The notes under the pieces are model-generated. The model did no database searches, had not been told where the DNA came from, and saw only the letters and a program-made list of their open reading frames with translations. From Gammaproteobacteria bacterium RIFCSPHIGHO2_12_FULL_41_20 (GTDB taxonomy: Bacteria; Pseudomonadota; Gammaproteobacteria; DSM-16500): a DNA stretch of 64,000 bases. A program made the position numbers and the translations under genes. Positions 31,250 through 41,534 of the stretch are shown one piece after another. The stretch's first letter is position 1; every line of letters begins with the position of its first letter. The stretch covers positions 40,619-104,618 of the forward strand of contig MGYC01000019.1 in the NCBI GenBank assembly GCA_001801575.1. Reading direction: 5' to 3'.

Positions 31250-32656
31250 ATGTCCAATCCTGTTGTAGCCATGCTAAAAGAACACCAAATTGAGTTTGTA
31301 GACTTACGTTTTACCGACCTACGTGGCAAAGAGCATCATGTGACATTGCCTAAAAATAAGATAGACGATAATTTTTTCAAGCATGGCAAAGCATTTGATG
31401 GTTCTTCCATTTGTGGATGGCAGGAGATTAATCATTCCGACTTGATTTTAATTCCTGACGTGGATACAGCGGTAGTGGATCCTTTTTGTGAAATTGCCAC
31501 ACTAAATATTCGCTGTGACGTGGTAGATCCCTCTACTGGCCAGTCTTATATACATGATCCTCGTGCGGTAACTAAACGTGCTGAAGCCTATTTGCCAGAC
31601 TCGGGAATTGCGGATGTGTGCAACTTTGGCCAAGAATTCGAGTTTTTTGTGTTTGATGATGTACGCTGGGACATTCGCATGAATGGCTGTTTTTATGAGC
31701 TCGATTCGCATGAGGCAGATTGGAATACTGGCACGCTCATGGAAGATGGGAATATGGGACATCGACCGCGTATCAAAGGGGGGTATTTTCCTGTGCCACC
31801 GGTAGATTCTTCACAAGATTTACGTAACACGATGTGCCAAGTATTAATGGCGGTAGGATTAGTTCCGGAGGTGCATCATCATGAAGTGGCGACCAGTAAT
31901 CAATGTGAAATAACTACACGCTATAACACCTTATTGAAAAAAGCTGATGAAATGCTGATGTTTAAGTATGTCATTCACAATGTGGCTCATGCGCATGGTA
32001 AATCAGTAACCTTTATGCCTAAACCCTTAGTAGGTGATAATGGCAGTGGATTACATTGTCATCAATCTTTGAGCAGGGACGGAAAGAATTTATTTGTTGG
32101 TAAGGAATATGCAGGATTGTCAACCATGGCATTGCATTATATCGGCGGCATTATTAAGCATGCCCGCGCCTTGAATGCATTTACTAATCCCAGCACAAAT
32201 AGTTATAAGCGTTTAGTGCCTGGATTTGAAGCTCCGGTGACAATGGTGTATTCAGAGGGTAATCGTTCTGCAGGTATCCGTATTCCACATGTGACCAATG
32301 ACAAGGAGAAGCGGATTGAAGCGCGTTTTCCTGATGCGTTGGCGAACCCTTATTTGGCTTTTGCTGCATTATTAATGGCGGGGTTAGACGGTATTAAAAA
32401 TAAAATTCATCCTGGTGTAGCAGTCGATGATAATTTGTATGATTTACCTGAAGATAAAGTAAAGATCTTCCCCAGTTTATGTTCTTCTTTAGAGCAAGCA
32501 TTGGATAGCCTTGAAAAGGATCATGCTTTTTTACTTGAGGGCGGCGTATTTAATGAAGATATTTTGCAAGCCTATTTACGTGTGAAACGTGAAGAGGTGG
32601 TGCGTTACAATATGGTAACACATCCGGTGGAATTTGATTTGTATTACAGTTTGTAA
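31250..32656 (+). CDS. glnA: glutamine synthetase type I
   Basis: 468 aa. [32 protein letters not shown], adenylylation-loop NLYDLP. Confidence 0.97.
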   Translation: MSNPVVAMLKEHQIEFVDLRFTDLRGKEHHVTLPKNKIDDNFFKHGKAFDGSSICGWQEINHSDLILIPDVDTAVVDPFCEIATLNIRCDVVDPSTGQSYIHDPRAVTKRAEAYLPDSGIADVCNFGQEFEFFVFDDVRWDIRMNGCFYELDSHEADWNTGTLMEDGNMGHRPRIKGGYFPVPPVDSSQDLRNTMCQVLMAVGLVPEVHHHEVATSNQCEITTRYNTLLKKADEMLMFKYVIHNVAHAHGKSVTFMPKPLVGDNGSGLHCHQSLSRDGKNLFVGKEYAGLSTMALHYIGGIIKHARALNAFTNPSTNSYKRLVPGFEAPVTMVYSEGNRSAGIRIPHVTNDKEKRIEARFPDALANPYLAFAALLMAGLDGIKNKIHPGVAVDDNLYDLPEDKVKIFPSLCSSLEQALDSLEKDHAFLLEGGVFNEDILQAYLRVKREEVVRYNMVTHPVEFDLYYSL

Positions 32657-32662
32657 TACGCA

Positions 32663-33439
32663 ATGTTTACAATTGCCACATGGAATATTAATTCTCTGCG
32701 TGTACGTTTGCCGTACGTGCTTGACTGGTTACAGCAGCATCAGCCGGATGTATTGGCATTACAGGAATTAAAACTTCCGAATGAAGACTTTCCTCTCTCT
32801 GTATTTCAAGACGTGGGCTATCACGCGGCTTTTTCTGGTCAAAAAACCTATAACGGGGTTGCAGTACTTAGTCGTAAACCAGCATCGCAGCCTATGACAG
32901 ATATAGCTAATCTGCAAGATCCACAGCGTCGTATTTTAGGCGTGACTATTCATGATATTCGCATTATTAACCTCTACGTGCCAAATGGAGAAAGTGTGGA
33001 TTCAGAAAAGTATAAGTATAAGTTAGGCTGGTTAGCGAAAATGACGGATTTCTTGGCTAAAGAAATAAAAAAACATGCCAAGGTGCTTGTTGTCGGTGAC
33101 TTTAATATTGCCCCCGAAGAGTGTGATGTGCATGATCCTTTGCTGTGGAAAGGGCAAGTATTATTTAGTGAGCCGGAGCGGCGAGCATTTCAAGCGATAT
33201 TACAGCAGGGGTTAGTGGACTGTTTTCGTTTGCATGATCAATCCGCAAAAGAATTCACTTGGTGGGATTACCGTATGAATGCATTTAAGCGTAATAGAGG
33301 CCTGCGTATCGATCATATCCTTGCAAGCCAATCCCTGGCTGCACACTGCCAGCGTTGTTATATAGATAAAACGCCGCGCGCAGGGGAGCGGCCGTCAGAT
33401 CATGTGCCTGTGGTGGCCGAGTTTGCATGCTGCCCTTGA
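32663..33439 (+). CDS. xthA: exodeoxyribonuclease III (AP endonuclease)
   Basis: IATWNINSLRVR, LQELK, GDFNIAP, SDHVPV. Confidence 0.93.
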   Translation: MFTIATWNINSLRVRLPYVLDWLQQHQPDVLALQELKLPNEDFPLSVFQDVGYHAAFSGQKTYNGVAVLSRKPASQPMTDIANLQDPQRRILGVTIHDIRIINLYVPNGESVDSEKYKYKLGWLAKMTDFLAKEIKKHAKVLVVGDFNIAPEECDVHDPLLWKGQVLFSEPERRAFQAILQQGLVDCFRLHDQSAKEFTWWDYRMNAFKRNRGLRIDHILASQSLAAHCQRCYIDKTPRAGERPSDHVPVVAEFACCP

Positions 33440-33505
33440 TCTTCCCCTCACTTCTCCGCTATCATGCCCGCCTACTTCGATTCGAAATGGTTTAGAGGGG
33501 TTATC

Positions 33506-33745
33506 ATGAAGCAGGATATCCATCCAGCATATACAGACGTTAAAGTGACCTGCGCCTGTGGTAATGCATTCGTAACGCGTTCTACTTATGAAAAAGACAA
33601 TCTCCATATTGAGGTGTGCTCAAAATGCCATCCTTTTTATACGGGAAAACAAAAAATAGTAGATACAGCGGGTCGTGTTGATCGTTTCCGTCAAAAATAC
33701 GGGATGAAAGGTAAGGGAAAGGCGGAAGATAAAAGCAAGTCATAA
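33506..33745 (+). CDS. rpmE: 50S ribosomal protein L31 (Zn-ribbon type)
   Basis: [29 protein letters not shown]. The track start 33464 adds 14 non-conserved residues. Lys-rich C-terminal extension. Confidence 0.93.
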   Translation: MKQDIHPAYTDVKVTCACGNAFVTRSTYEKDNLHIEVCSKCHPFYTGKQKIVDTAGRVDRFRQKYGMKGKGKAEDKSKS

Positions 33746-33759
33746 TATATTGATAATAT

Positions 33760-34965
33760 ATGACTTCTGACCTGCGTCGCGTAGCATTACATTATCATTC
33801 TGAGCCTGCACCTGGTAAAACGGGTACAGCTATCACTAAACCTGTGTCTACACAATATGATCTTTCTCTATCTTATACGCCTGGTGTTGCTGAGCCGGTA
33901 AAAGAGATCGCTACCCGTCCTGATGATGCTTATCGCTATACGAATAAAGGTAATTTAGTGGCGGTGATTACCAATGGGACAGCTGTGTTAGGGCTGGGCC
34001 ATGTGGGTCCTTTGGCTAGTAAGCCGGTAATGGAAGGAAAAGCTGTTTTATTCAAGCACTTGGCTGATATTGATGTGTTTGATATAGAAATTTCTTGTGA
34101 AGACCCAACCGAATTTATTGAAACCGTAGTCCGCATTTCGCCTACTTTTGGCGGCATTAATCTAGAAGATATTAAAGCCCCTGAGTGTTTTATTATTGAG
34201 CAGTCACTTAAGGCACGCTTGAATATCCCGGTCATGCATGATGACCAGCATGGTACGGCAATTGTCATTGCCGCAGGTTTATTTAATGCATTGGAGTTAC
34301 AAGGTAAGACATTGGCAACGGCTAGTATTGTGTGTTTAGGAGCCGGTGCAGCGGGCATTGCAACTATGCAATTGTTAATAAAACTTGGTGCACAGCGTGA
34401 TAATATATTGCTGGTTGATCGCGTTGGGGTGATTCATAGTGAGCGCAAAGACTTAAACATGCAAAAACAAGATTTTGCTATTCGTACCGCTAAACGTACT
34501 TTAGCAGAAGCAGTAGAGGGAGCAGATGTATTTATTGGCGTGTCAGGCCCAGGGTTATTGACAGCAGATTTATTAAAGTCAATGGCACCTAAGCCCGTAG
34601 TATTTGCTTTATCTAATCCTGTGCCGGAAATTATGCCGGAAATTGCACATCAAACACGAAAGGATTTGATTATGGCAACAGGTAGAAGTGATCATCCTAA
34701 TCAAGTTAATAATGCTTTGTGTTTTCCTTATCTTTTTCGTGGAGCTTTGGATGTGCGTGCTAGCAGTATTAATGATGCAATGCAGTTAGCAGCGGTGTAT
34801 GCAATAAAGGATTTAGCTAAGGTGCAGGTAGAGCCAGATCATGTATTTGGTCCTAATTACATTCTTCCGCACTTACTAGATTCTCGATTGAAAACAGTTG
34901 TCTCAATGGCAGTGTCTCAGGCAGCAATAGCCTCAGGGGTGGCAAAACATGGTTGCTCTCGTTGA
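33760..34965 (+). CDS. NAD(P)-dependent malic enzyme (short form, no PTA domain)
   Basis: 401 aa. LSLSYTPGVAEP, VITNGTAVLGLG, FGGINLEDIKAPECF, GAGAAG Rossmann motif. Confidence 0.9.
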   Translation: MTSDLRRVALHYHSEPAPGKTGTAITKPVSTQYDLSLSYTPGVAEPVKEIATRPDDAYRYTNKGNLVAVITNGTAVLGLGHVGPLASKPVMEGKAVLFKHLADIDVFDIEISCEDPTEFIETVVRISPTFGGINLEDIKAPECFIIEQSLKARLNIPVMHDDQHGTAIVIAAGLFNALELQGKTLATASIVCLGAGAAGIATMQLLIKLGAQRDNILLVDRVGVIHSERKDLNMQKQDFAIRTAKRTLAEAVEGADVFIGVSGPGLLTADLLKSMAPKPVVFALSNPVPEIMPEIAHQTRKDLIMATGRSDHPNQVNNALCFPYLFRGALDVRASSINDAMQLAAVYAIKDLAKVQVEPDHVFGPNYILPHLLDSRLKTVVSMAVSQAAIASGVAKHGCSR

Positions 34966-36604
34966 AGCATATCGTTCTGGGTTATTAAAACCGCAGCAAT
35001 GGTGGTCTAACATTATTGCCGGTTTGATTGTGGGTATTGTTGCTTTACCTTTAGCTATGGCATTTGCGATTGCTTCTGGTGTGAGACCAGAGCAAGGGTT
35101 ATATACAGCCATTATCGCCGGTATTTGTGTAGGGCTGCTTGGTGGCACACGCGTACAAATTGCTGGGCCAACCGGCGCTTTCGTGGTTATTCTTGCCAAT
35201 ATTACCGCACAGTATGGCGTGAGTGGATTGCAAGTTGCGACATTATTAGCCGGTGTGATGCTGTTATTAATGGGATTGGTTAGGCTGGGAAGTGTGATTC
35301 GTTTTATTCCTGATCCAGTCATTGTTGGGTTTACTAGTGGCATTGGCGTCATTATTTTTGTTGGCGAATGGAAGGATTTTTTGGGGTTATCGGTACATCT
35401 GCCATTGGATGCACATTTTCATCAGAAACTCCTTATCTTGTTAAGCGCATTATCTGATATCAATTGGGCCACGACAGGCTTAGCTTGTTTAAGCATTTTA
35501 CTTATATTGATAACACCTAAAGTTTGGAAACGCATACCTGGTCCGCTGGTAGCTATGCTAGTGGTAACGGTTTTGCAAGCGGTTTTTCAATTTGCACATG
35601 TTGCGACTCTCGGCAATACATTTGGTAGCATTCCTCGGCAATTACCTGGTTTTCATATTCCTGCTATGTCATTGACGCAAGTGCTCAGTTTAATTGGCCC
35701 TGCATTTACGGTTGCGTTACTCGGTGCCATAGAATCACTGTTATCTGCTACTGTTGCTGATAATATGACGGGGACGCGACATCATGCCAACCAAGAATTA
35801 ATGGGCCAAGGCATAGCAAATATGCTTACCCCTTTATTTGGGGGATTTGCGGCGACAGGAGCGATCGCCCGTACTGCGACCAATATTCGTAACGGCGGTA
35901 ATAGCCCTATTGCCGCGATAGTGCATTCATTGGTTCTTGTCGCAGTGATTGTTTTATTGGCACCTTTAGCGGCGTATATCCCATTATGTGCATTAGCGGC
36001 TATTTTGTTTGTTGTTGCATACAATATGAGTGATATTCCACATTTTGTGCGCATACTGAAACATGCTCCTCGTTATGATGTGGCGGTGTTATTAGTCACA
36101 TTTTTTCTTACCATTTTTACCGATTTGGTGGTGGCAGTGAATGTGGGCGTGATTTTATCGATGTTGTTTTTTATTCGACGTATGCGCCAATCAGTGACGG
36201 TGGAAAGGCAACCTGTAGACATATTGCAGACTGAGTTGACTGCTTATGGTGTAACCAACATTCCCCAAGATACTATTGTTTATTCCATTCAAGGGCCGTT
36301 TTTCTTTGGCGTGACAGAAAAGATTGAATATGCATTAACTCATATGCAAACAGAGTATCAAACAGTGATATTTCGCTTAAAGGGCGTGCCATTTATGGAT
36401 ATGACAGGATTGGAGACCTTTAAGAAGTTGATTGAACAGTATCATCAGCGCGGGATAAGAATTTTTCTCTGTGAGGCTAATGCTACGGTGATACGTAAAC
36501 TAACTCATGTGGGCGTGTTGCGTTGGATAGAGGCACAACGTGTGTTCCATCAATTGTCGGATGTGTTTACAGTTTCTCTGCCCTCTGCCTCTGTTACACC
36601 CTGA
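34949..36604 (+). CDS. SulP-family anion transporter with C-terminal STAS domain
   Basis: 551 aa. N-terminal motif IIAGLIVGIVALPLAMAFAIASG, polytopic core, STAS-like tail (VIFRLKGVPFMDMTGLETF). Confidence 0.9.
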   Translation: MVALVEAYRSGLLKPQQWWSNIIAGLIVGIVALPLAMAFAIASGVRPEQGLYTAIIAGICVGLLGGTRVQIAGPTGAFVVILANITAQYGVSGLQVATLLAGVMLLLMGLVRLGSVIRFIPDPVIVGFTSGIGVIIFVGEWKDFLGLSVHLPLDAHFHQKLLILLSALSDINWATTGLACLSILLILITPKVWKRIPGPLVAMLVVTVLQAVFQFAHVATLGNTFGSIPRQLPGFHIPAMSLTQVLSLIGPAFTVALLGAIESLLSATVADNMTGTRHHANQELMGQGIANMLTPLFGGFAATGAIARTATNIRNGGNSPIAAIVHSLVLVAVIVLLAPLAAYIPLCALAAILFVVAYNMSDIPHFVRILKHAPRYDVAVLLVTFFLTIFTDLVVAVNVGVILSMLFFIRRMRQSVTVERQPVDILQTELTAYGVTNIPQDTIVYSIQGPFFFGVTEKIEYALTHMQTEYQTVIFRLKGVPFMDMTGLETFKKLIEQYHQRGIRIFLCEANATVIRKLTHVGVLRWIEAQRVFHQLSDVFTVSLPSASVTP

Positions 36605-36650
36605 CGCTTTTTGTTAACATGATCGTTATCAAGGATAGATATGGAACCTC

Positions 36651-38279
36651 GTGATGAGTAACCATTTGCCGGTGTTGATTGTAGGCGCAGGACCTACGGG
36701 ATTGATGATGGCTTGCGAACTAGAACGCCGTGATATTCCTTTTCGCATCATTGATAAAAACTCAGGGCCTACTCAAGGTTCTAATGCCACCTGGATACAA
36801 ACACGAGCGCTGGAAATGTTTGACGCCCAGGGTTTAGCTGATGAATTTCTGCGTATTGGTTATCGTTGTGATGCTATTAACTTATATGAAGGTGAAAAAA
36901 ATCTTATTCATCTTCCGCTCAAGTATCTTGATTCATGTTATCCATTTATTTTGATGTTGCCTCAACGTGAAACCGAAGAATTACTAAACCAATATCTACA
37001 AAAAGCACGCATTCGTGTTGAAAGGCCGGTAGAATTAATTAATGTTCGGCAACAAAATGCTACGGTAGTAGCCACAGTTAAACGCCCCGATGGTGATACG
37101 GAAGTTATTACTAGCCATTGGCTGGTTGCATGTGATGGGGCGAGTAGTACAGTACGAGAAAAATGTCAGATTTATTTTCCGGGTGGTGATGTGTCCGAGC
37201 AGTTTGTTGTGGCTGATGCACAAATGAGTTCTTTTCTGCCCAATAATGAAGTACATGTGTTTTTTGATAAGGGGACGATTTTTCCTGATAAAAGTACCGT
37301 ATTTGCTGTATTTCCTTGGGGCTCTAATAAATATCGTATTAATGCCAATCTTTATTTAGATCGTCCACGGCAAATGTTTACTGAGCATGAAGTCAGAGAA
37401 ATTATTGCCGAGCGCGCCTACGGAGCTTTTGTTGCTGAGCAAGTATCATGGATTTCACCCTTTTGGATACATAGTAAGGTAGTGCAACAAATGCGGCATG
37501 GCTCTATATTTTTTGTCGGTGATGCGGCACATATTCATTCACCTGCGGGTGGCCAGGGTATGAATACGGGATTACAAGATGCCTATAACTTGGCGTGGAA
37601 ATTGGCATTAGTGATTCGCGGCAAAACATCGCCATTATTGTTGGATAGTTATCAGCAAGAGCGGCACCCAGTGAATGCAAACATTGTGAATCAAACAGAA
37701 TATTTCACGAAGATGTTATTATTTGATAAAACGTTTTTTACTAAGCTGCATCGTTTTGAGCGCAAATTATTGCGAAACCCAGAGCCATTAACTAAGCGGG
37801 TTAGTATGGAATTAACGCAACTGGCTATTCGCTATCAACATAGCCCTATTATTGATTATCAACAGGGCGTACATAAACAGGCACCACAATCAGGCGAGCG
37901 TATGCCTGATATCATGATAAATGCCGTTCGATTATACCACTATTTGCAGGGGACAGAGCATTATGTGTGGTTGTTTTTGGGGATACAACCGAGCTCGCGT
38001 ATGTTAGCCAAAGCAAAGCGCATGCAGAAAACACTGCATCAGGTTTTTCCGCAGTTAGTTAAAACCTATTTAGTGAGCGGTCGAGTAATTAGTGATATTG
38101 CTGATGTTATTTTTGATGTTGATGGAGTACTGCATCGTCGTTTTTGTGTCAAGAAATCTGCAGTATATGTAGTGAGGCCGGATACTTATATTGGGTATTG
38201 CTCAAGGAAGATTGATATCAATGCGGTGCAAGTATTTTTGCAAGAGTATTTGTCAGGAGTTTTGCGGAATACAGGGTAA
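36651..38279 (+). CDS. FAD-dependent aromatic-ring monooxygenase (PheA/TfdB-type)
   Basis: VLIVGAGPTGLMMA (GxGxxG), CDGASSTVR, GDAAHIHSPAGGQGMNTGLQDA. The last 8 codons plus the stop lie inside the palindromic element 38254-38445. Confidence 0.88.
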   Translation: MMSNHLPVLIVGAGPTGLMMACELERRDIPFRIIDKNSGPTQGSNATWIQTRALEMFDAQGLADEFLRIGYRCDAINLYEGEKNLIHLPLKYLDSCYPFILMLPQRETEELLNQYLQKARIRVERPVELINVRQQNATVVATVKRPDGDTEVITSHWLVACDGASSTVREKCQIYFPGGDVSEQFVVADAQMSSFLPNNEVHVFFDKGTIFPDKSTVFAVFPWGSNKYRINANLYLDRPRQMFTEHEVREIIAERAYGAFVAEQVSWISPFWIHSKVVQQMRHGSIFFVGDAAHIHSPAGGQGMNTGLQDAYNLAWKLALVIRGKTSPLLLDSYQQERHPVNANIVNQTEYFTKMLLFDKTFFTKLHRFERKLLRNPEPLTKRVSMELTQLAIRYQHSPIIDYQQGVHKQAPQSGERMPDIMINAVRLYHYLQGTEHYVWLFLGIQPSSRMLAKAKRMQKTLHQVFPQLVKTYLVSGRVISDIADVIFDVDGVLHRRFCVKKSAVYVVRPDTYIGYCSRKIDINAVQVFLQEYLSGVLRNTG

Positions 38280-38445
38280 GCTGTCGTACCAGCCGAGTTA
38301 TCGGGGTCAGACCCCTCTCTTCCGGATAGGCATAACTCACAATGGCTCGTCGGCTTCCAGCCTCCTGCGCTTTATTTGAGAGAGGGGTCTGACCCCGATA
38401 ACTCGGCTGGTACGACAGCTTACCCTGTATTCCGCAAAACTCCTG
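38254..38445. repeat. 192-bp palindromic element (about 66-bp arms)
   Basis: CAGGAGTTTTGCGGAATACAGGGTAAGCTGTCGTACCAGCCGAGTTATCGGGGTCAGACCCCTCTC ... exact reverse complement ending at 38445. Confidence 0.9.
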
Positions 38446-38463
38446 TATAAAAAAGGAAACATC

Positions 38464-40134
38464 ATGCCTGCCGATATAATCAATATTGTCATTGCTTTTC
38501 TAGAGGGCTTTGCGCTTATTATTTCGCCGTGTATTTTGCCTATTTTGCCCATCATTCTCTCCGGTTCTTTAACAGGAAAAAAAACACGACCTTTAGGCAT
38601 TATTGTTGGTTTTATCATTGCTTTTACGATGGTGACTTTGTTTTCTCGTGCATTGATTGAGTTTTTGCATATCAGTGCAGAGGCGATTCGCAATACCTCT
38701 TTAGTGATTCTGTTTGCTATTGGCTTGATTATGGCATCCACTTACCTTACGGATAAGTTTAGTTTATTAACGCAACGATTGACACGTGTTGGCAGTGACA
38801 TACACATCATGAATGATCCGGATGGTGGTTTCTGGAGTGGTGTATTATTCGGTGGATTGGTAGGGATTATTTGGACACCTTGTGCCGGGCCTATTTTGGC
38901 AGCGGTAGTGGTACAAGTAGTTCTACAACAAACGACCATCACGAGTGTGTTAGTCGTGATTGCATTTGCCTTAGGCGCGGGATTGCCTATGCTGGGTATC
39001 GCATTGCTTGGCCGACATATCATCCAAGCATTAAGTTATTTTAAGCTGCGCGCACAGTTATTCCGTAAGATACTTGGTGTTATTGTCTTATTAACGGTTA
39101 TTTATCTGGCATTTTTTTCAGCTGTAGAATTACCATTTTTCCAAACTAATCAGGATAAAAAAACCCTTACTATACAATCCATAGTTAATGGATTAGATAA
39201 CCCTTATCCAGCACCAGACATTGCAGGTATTGATGCGTGGATTAATTCCCCACCCTTATCATTGCAGGAGTTAAAAGGTAAGGTGGTACTTGTGGACTTT
39301 TGGACTTACTCTTGCATCAACTGTTTACGCACGTTGCCTTATCTTAAAAATTGGTACGCCAAGTATAAAAAACAAGGGTTAGTTATTATTGGTGTACATA
39401 GCCCAGAATTTCAGTTCGAACATACTCTCAATAATGTTAAAAATGTAGTTAAAAAATTAGATATTCTCTATCCTATTGCGCTAGACAATCATTTTGTGAC
39501 ATGGAGAAACTTTCATAATGCTTATTGGCCTGCACATTATTTAATTAATAAAAATGGCGAGGTTGTTTATACCCACTTTGGTGAAGGCGCTTATGATATT
39601 ACGGAAAATAACATCCGTTATTTATTGGGGATACGTGAACAAGGAGAGGTGAACTATGCCGAGAAGAGTTATTTTTTATTACAAACACCGGAAACTTATT
39701 TAGGATATGCGCGCGCACAACGTTTTGCTAGCCGTGAATCCATGGCGAAGAATGCGGTTAACTTGTATAGCTATCCAGTAGACTTACTGATTGACCGTTG
39801 GGCACTAAAGGGGGCTTGGTTTGCTTATCCAGATAAAGTTGTAGCCTCTAGCGTTGGCGCAGCGGTGAAATTACATTTTTCAGCAAAACAAGTTTATGCG
39901 GTGATGGGTGCACCCAGTCACGCTGTGAAAGTGCAAGTATTGTTGAATGGGCAACCTATTACTGTTGGTCGTGGGGAAGATGTTGCAGATGCAAGTGTAT
40001 ATGTTGAGCAGAATCGCCTGTATTCTTTGGTGAATTTACAACACGGTGATGAAGGGGTGCTCGAGCTAGTTGTTTCTGATCCAGGGGTGGAAATTTATAC
40101 TTTTACGTTTGGTAGCCATGCTGCGAATCATTAA
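38464..40134 (+). CDS. DipZ-like fusion: CcdA/DsbD-type membrane domain plus thioredoxin-like domain plus C-terminal beta domain
   Basis: Membrane Cys motifs ISPCILP and WTPCAGP. Thioredoxin-fold segment VLVDFWTYSCINCLRTLP (CxxC). Confidence 0.85.
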   Translation: MPADIINIVIAFLEGFALIISPCILPILPIILSGSLTGKKTRPLGIIVGFIIAFTMVTLFSRALIEFLHISAEAIRNTSLVILFAIGLIMASTYLTDKFSLLTQRLTRVGSDIHIMNDPDGGFWSGVLFGGLVGIIWTPCAGPILAAVVVQVVLQQTTITSVLVVIAFALGAGLPMLGIALLGRHIIQALSYFKLRAQLFRKILGVIVLLTVIYLAFFSAVELPFFQTNQDKKTLTIQSIVNGLDNPYPAPDIAGIDAWINSPPLSLQELKGKVVLVDFWTYSCINCLRTLPYLKNWYAKYKKQGLVIIGVHSPEFQFEHTLNNVKNVVKKLDILYPIALDNHFVTWRNFHNAYWPAHYLINKNGEVVYTHFGEGAYDITENNIRYLLGIREQGEVNYAEKSYFLLQTPETYLGYARAQRFASRESMAKNAVNLYSYPVDLLIDRWALKGAWFAYPDKVVASSVGAAVKLHFSAKQVYAVMGAPSHAVKVQVLLNGQPITVGRGEDVADASVYVEQNRLYSLVNLQHGDEGVLELVVSDPGVEIYTFTFGSHAANH

Positions 40135-40144
40135 GCCTAGGGCC

Positions 40145-40262
40145 TGTCATCCTGAACCCTTCGCTTCGCTCTAGGGTAAACTCCGTGAAGGATCTATTTA
40201 ATCAACTAGATAGATCTTTCGCAGAGTTTACCCTAGAGCGAAGCGAAGGGCTCAAGATGACA
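40145..40262. repeat. palindromic element, variant core (TGTCATCCTGAACCCTTCGCTTCGCTCTAGGGTAAACTC)
   Basis: 39-bp arms, 36 of 39 positions complementary (three mismatches clustered near the outer end), around a centre containing GTGAAGGATCT. Begins 10 bp after the dipZ-like stop. Confidence 0.85.
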
Positions 40263-40387
40263 TAAAGTTATTTTTATCGTGTACATAGTGAAGCCATATA
40301 AAATAGATTATTTTTTAATCAAAAAACAATGGACCGACTATTTTCAGCATGATAAGCTCGAATCATTCAGCAGAGGAGTGCACACAC

Positions 40388-41284
40388 ATGAGAATTTGGG
40401 GCGGTATTCGTCGATGGAGTGGTGTTATAGCCGGAGGAGTAGTAGCAATAGGCGGTACAATAGCTTCATTGATTACGGCTTTGCGTGTGCAGCAGGCGTG
40501 CGCAGGTGTTGCGGCAGGTCTTTCTAGCGCGGCCACTCTGGTTTCCCAGGGGGCTACTGGATTAGTCACGATTTCTTCAGGTATTACAGCGGCAGCGTCT
40601 AGCACAGCAGTGACTTTATCTGCTCTTGGCGCACAGGTGCTTGCGGCAGGATCAAATGCAACAGCCGTATTATCGCAGCTATCAACAGGTGCCGCACAGC
40701 TCGGACCACAGTTGCAAAACGTACTTGGCCAAGCAGTGGTTATCCCTATAGATGTTGCGGCAGATATTGCCATCCCACTTCCTCCCATGGGGTTTCCTCC
40801 TACTTCTCCGGGGGTGCTTACGGGTACAGTACATTTAGCACAAAACATTACTATTCCATTAAGCCAAGCACTCCCTGCTGGGGCAGTGACTTTGATAGAG
40901 GGCGTTGCAGAAGGAGGCCCTGCGGCAGCGGCAACACTCAGCAGCACGGGTCAGGCAATAGGCCAGCTAGCTACCCAAGTTAGTCAACTTACTACGCAGT
41001 TAGGCGGTTCGTTGAGTGCTGCAGGCCAAGTGAGTGCGCAAGTGGGAGGAATGGCTAGCCAGGTGAGTGGCCAAATGGCGGGAGTAAGCGCAGTTAGCGA
41101 AGCGTTACCAAGCATTTGCTTTGGATCTTCATTAGCGTTAGGCATTGCGATTACTGTATTAGGCGCAGGTGTGATAGGAATTATCGTTTACCTCTGTTGC
41201 CAGCGGCGGCCTGATCCTGCTAATACTCTGACTGATGAGGAACAAGCGATGGAAATGCTGGTTACTACTGCTCCTGCCCCTTAG
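40388..41284 (+). CDS. Ala/Gly/Ser/Thr/Gln-rich membrane protein with N-terminal and C-terminal TM segments
   Basis: GAGGAG SD 9 nt upstream of ATG 40388. Visibly GC-richer than its neighbours (an open 194-aa antisense ORF is a side effect). C-terminal TM ..LALGIAITVLGAGVIGIIVYLCC followed by a short tail. Confidence 0.65.
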   Translation: MRIWGGIRRWSGVIAGGVVAIGGTIASLITALRVQQACAGVAAGLSSAATLVSQGATGLVTISSGITAAASSTAVTLSALGAQVLAAGSNATAVLSQLSTGAAQLGPQLQNVLGQAVVIPIDVAADIAIPLPPMGFPPTSPGVLTGTVHLAQNITIPLSQALPAGAVTLIEGVAEGGPAAAATLSSTGQAIGQLATQVSQLTTQLGGSLSAAGQVSAQVGGMASQVSGQMAGVSAVSEALPSICFGSSLALGIAITVLGAGVIGIIVYLCCQRRPDPANTLTDEEQAMEMLVTTAPAP

Positions 41285-41314
41285 GAAGGAAGCCTATGTG
41301 GTTTAAATAAAGCA

Positions 41315-41388
41315 TGGCTATGGGTGGACTCGAACCACCGACCTCAGCATTATGAGTGCCGCGCTCTAACCAGCTGAGCTACATAGCC
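41315..41388 (-). tRNA. tRNA-Met (anticodon CAT), elongator-like
   Basis: Reverse complement GGCTATGTAGCTCAGCTGGTTAGAGCGCGGCACTCATAATGCTGAGGTCGGTGGTTCGAGTCCACCCATAGCCA folds as a 74-nt cloverleaf. Acceptor and D arm resemble E. coli metT-type rather than ileX. CCA is not encoded. Confidence 0.9.
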
Positions 41389-41433
41389 ATAATGTGCAAT
41401 GGCCGGTTATTCTCTTGGTTTTTCTGTGTCATT

Positions 41434-41486
41434 GTCAAGGTGTTACGTTTAAAGCTCGCGCCCGATGCCGTTTCTAGGTTTAAACA
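41434..41486. repeat. solo arm of the 42776-42954 element family
   Basis: GTCAAGGTGTTACGTTTAAA is identical to the reverse complement of 42810-42829. The rest is about 75 percent similar, including a shared TGCCGTTTCTAG. Confidence 0.7.
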
Positions 41487-41534
41487 TTGCCCTAAAATGC
41501 ATTTCTGCGGGCGCATTCTAACTCCACTATTTTA

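Noticed and set aside
34933-35352. 139-aa minus-strand ORF at the malic enzyme/SulP junction
   Set aside because: It is antisense to the conserved SulP N-terminus and has no SD.
38337-38741. 134-aa minus-strand ORF overlapping the 192-bp palindrome and the dipZ-like start
   Set aside because: It begins inside the dipZ-like membrane domain and ends in repeat sequence. The plus-strand gene has clear Cys motifs.
40363-40947. 194-aa antisense ORF opposite the Ala/Gly-rich gene
   Set aside because: It is a mirror ORF kept open by the GC- and Ala-rich composition. The plus-strand frame has the SD, the TM segments and a coherent repeat structure.
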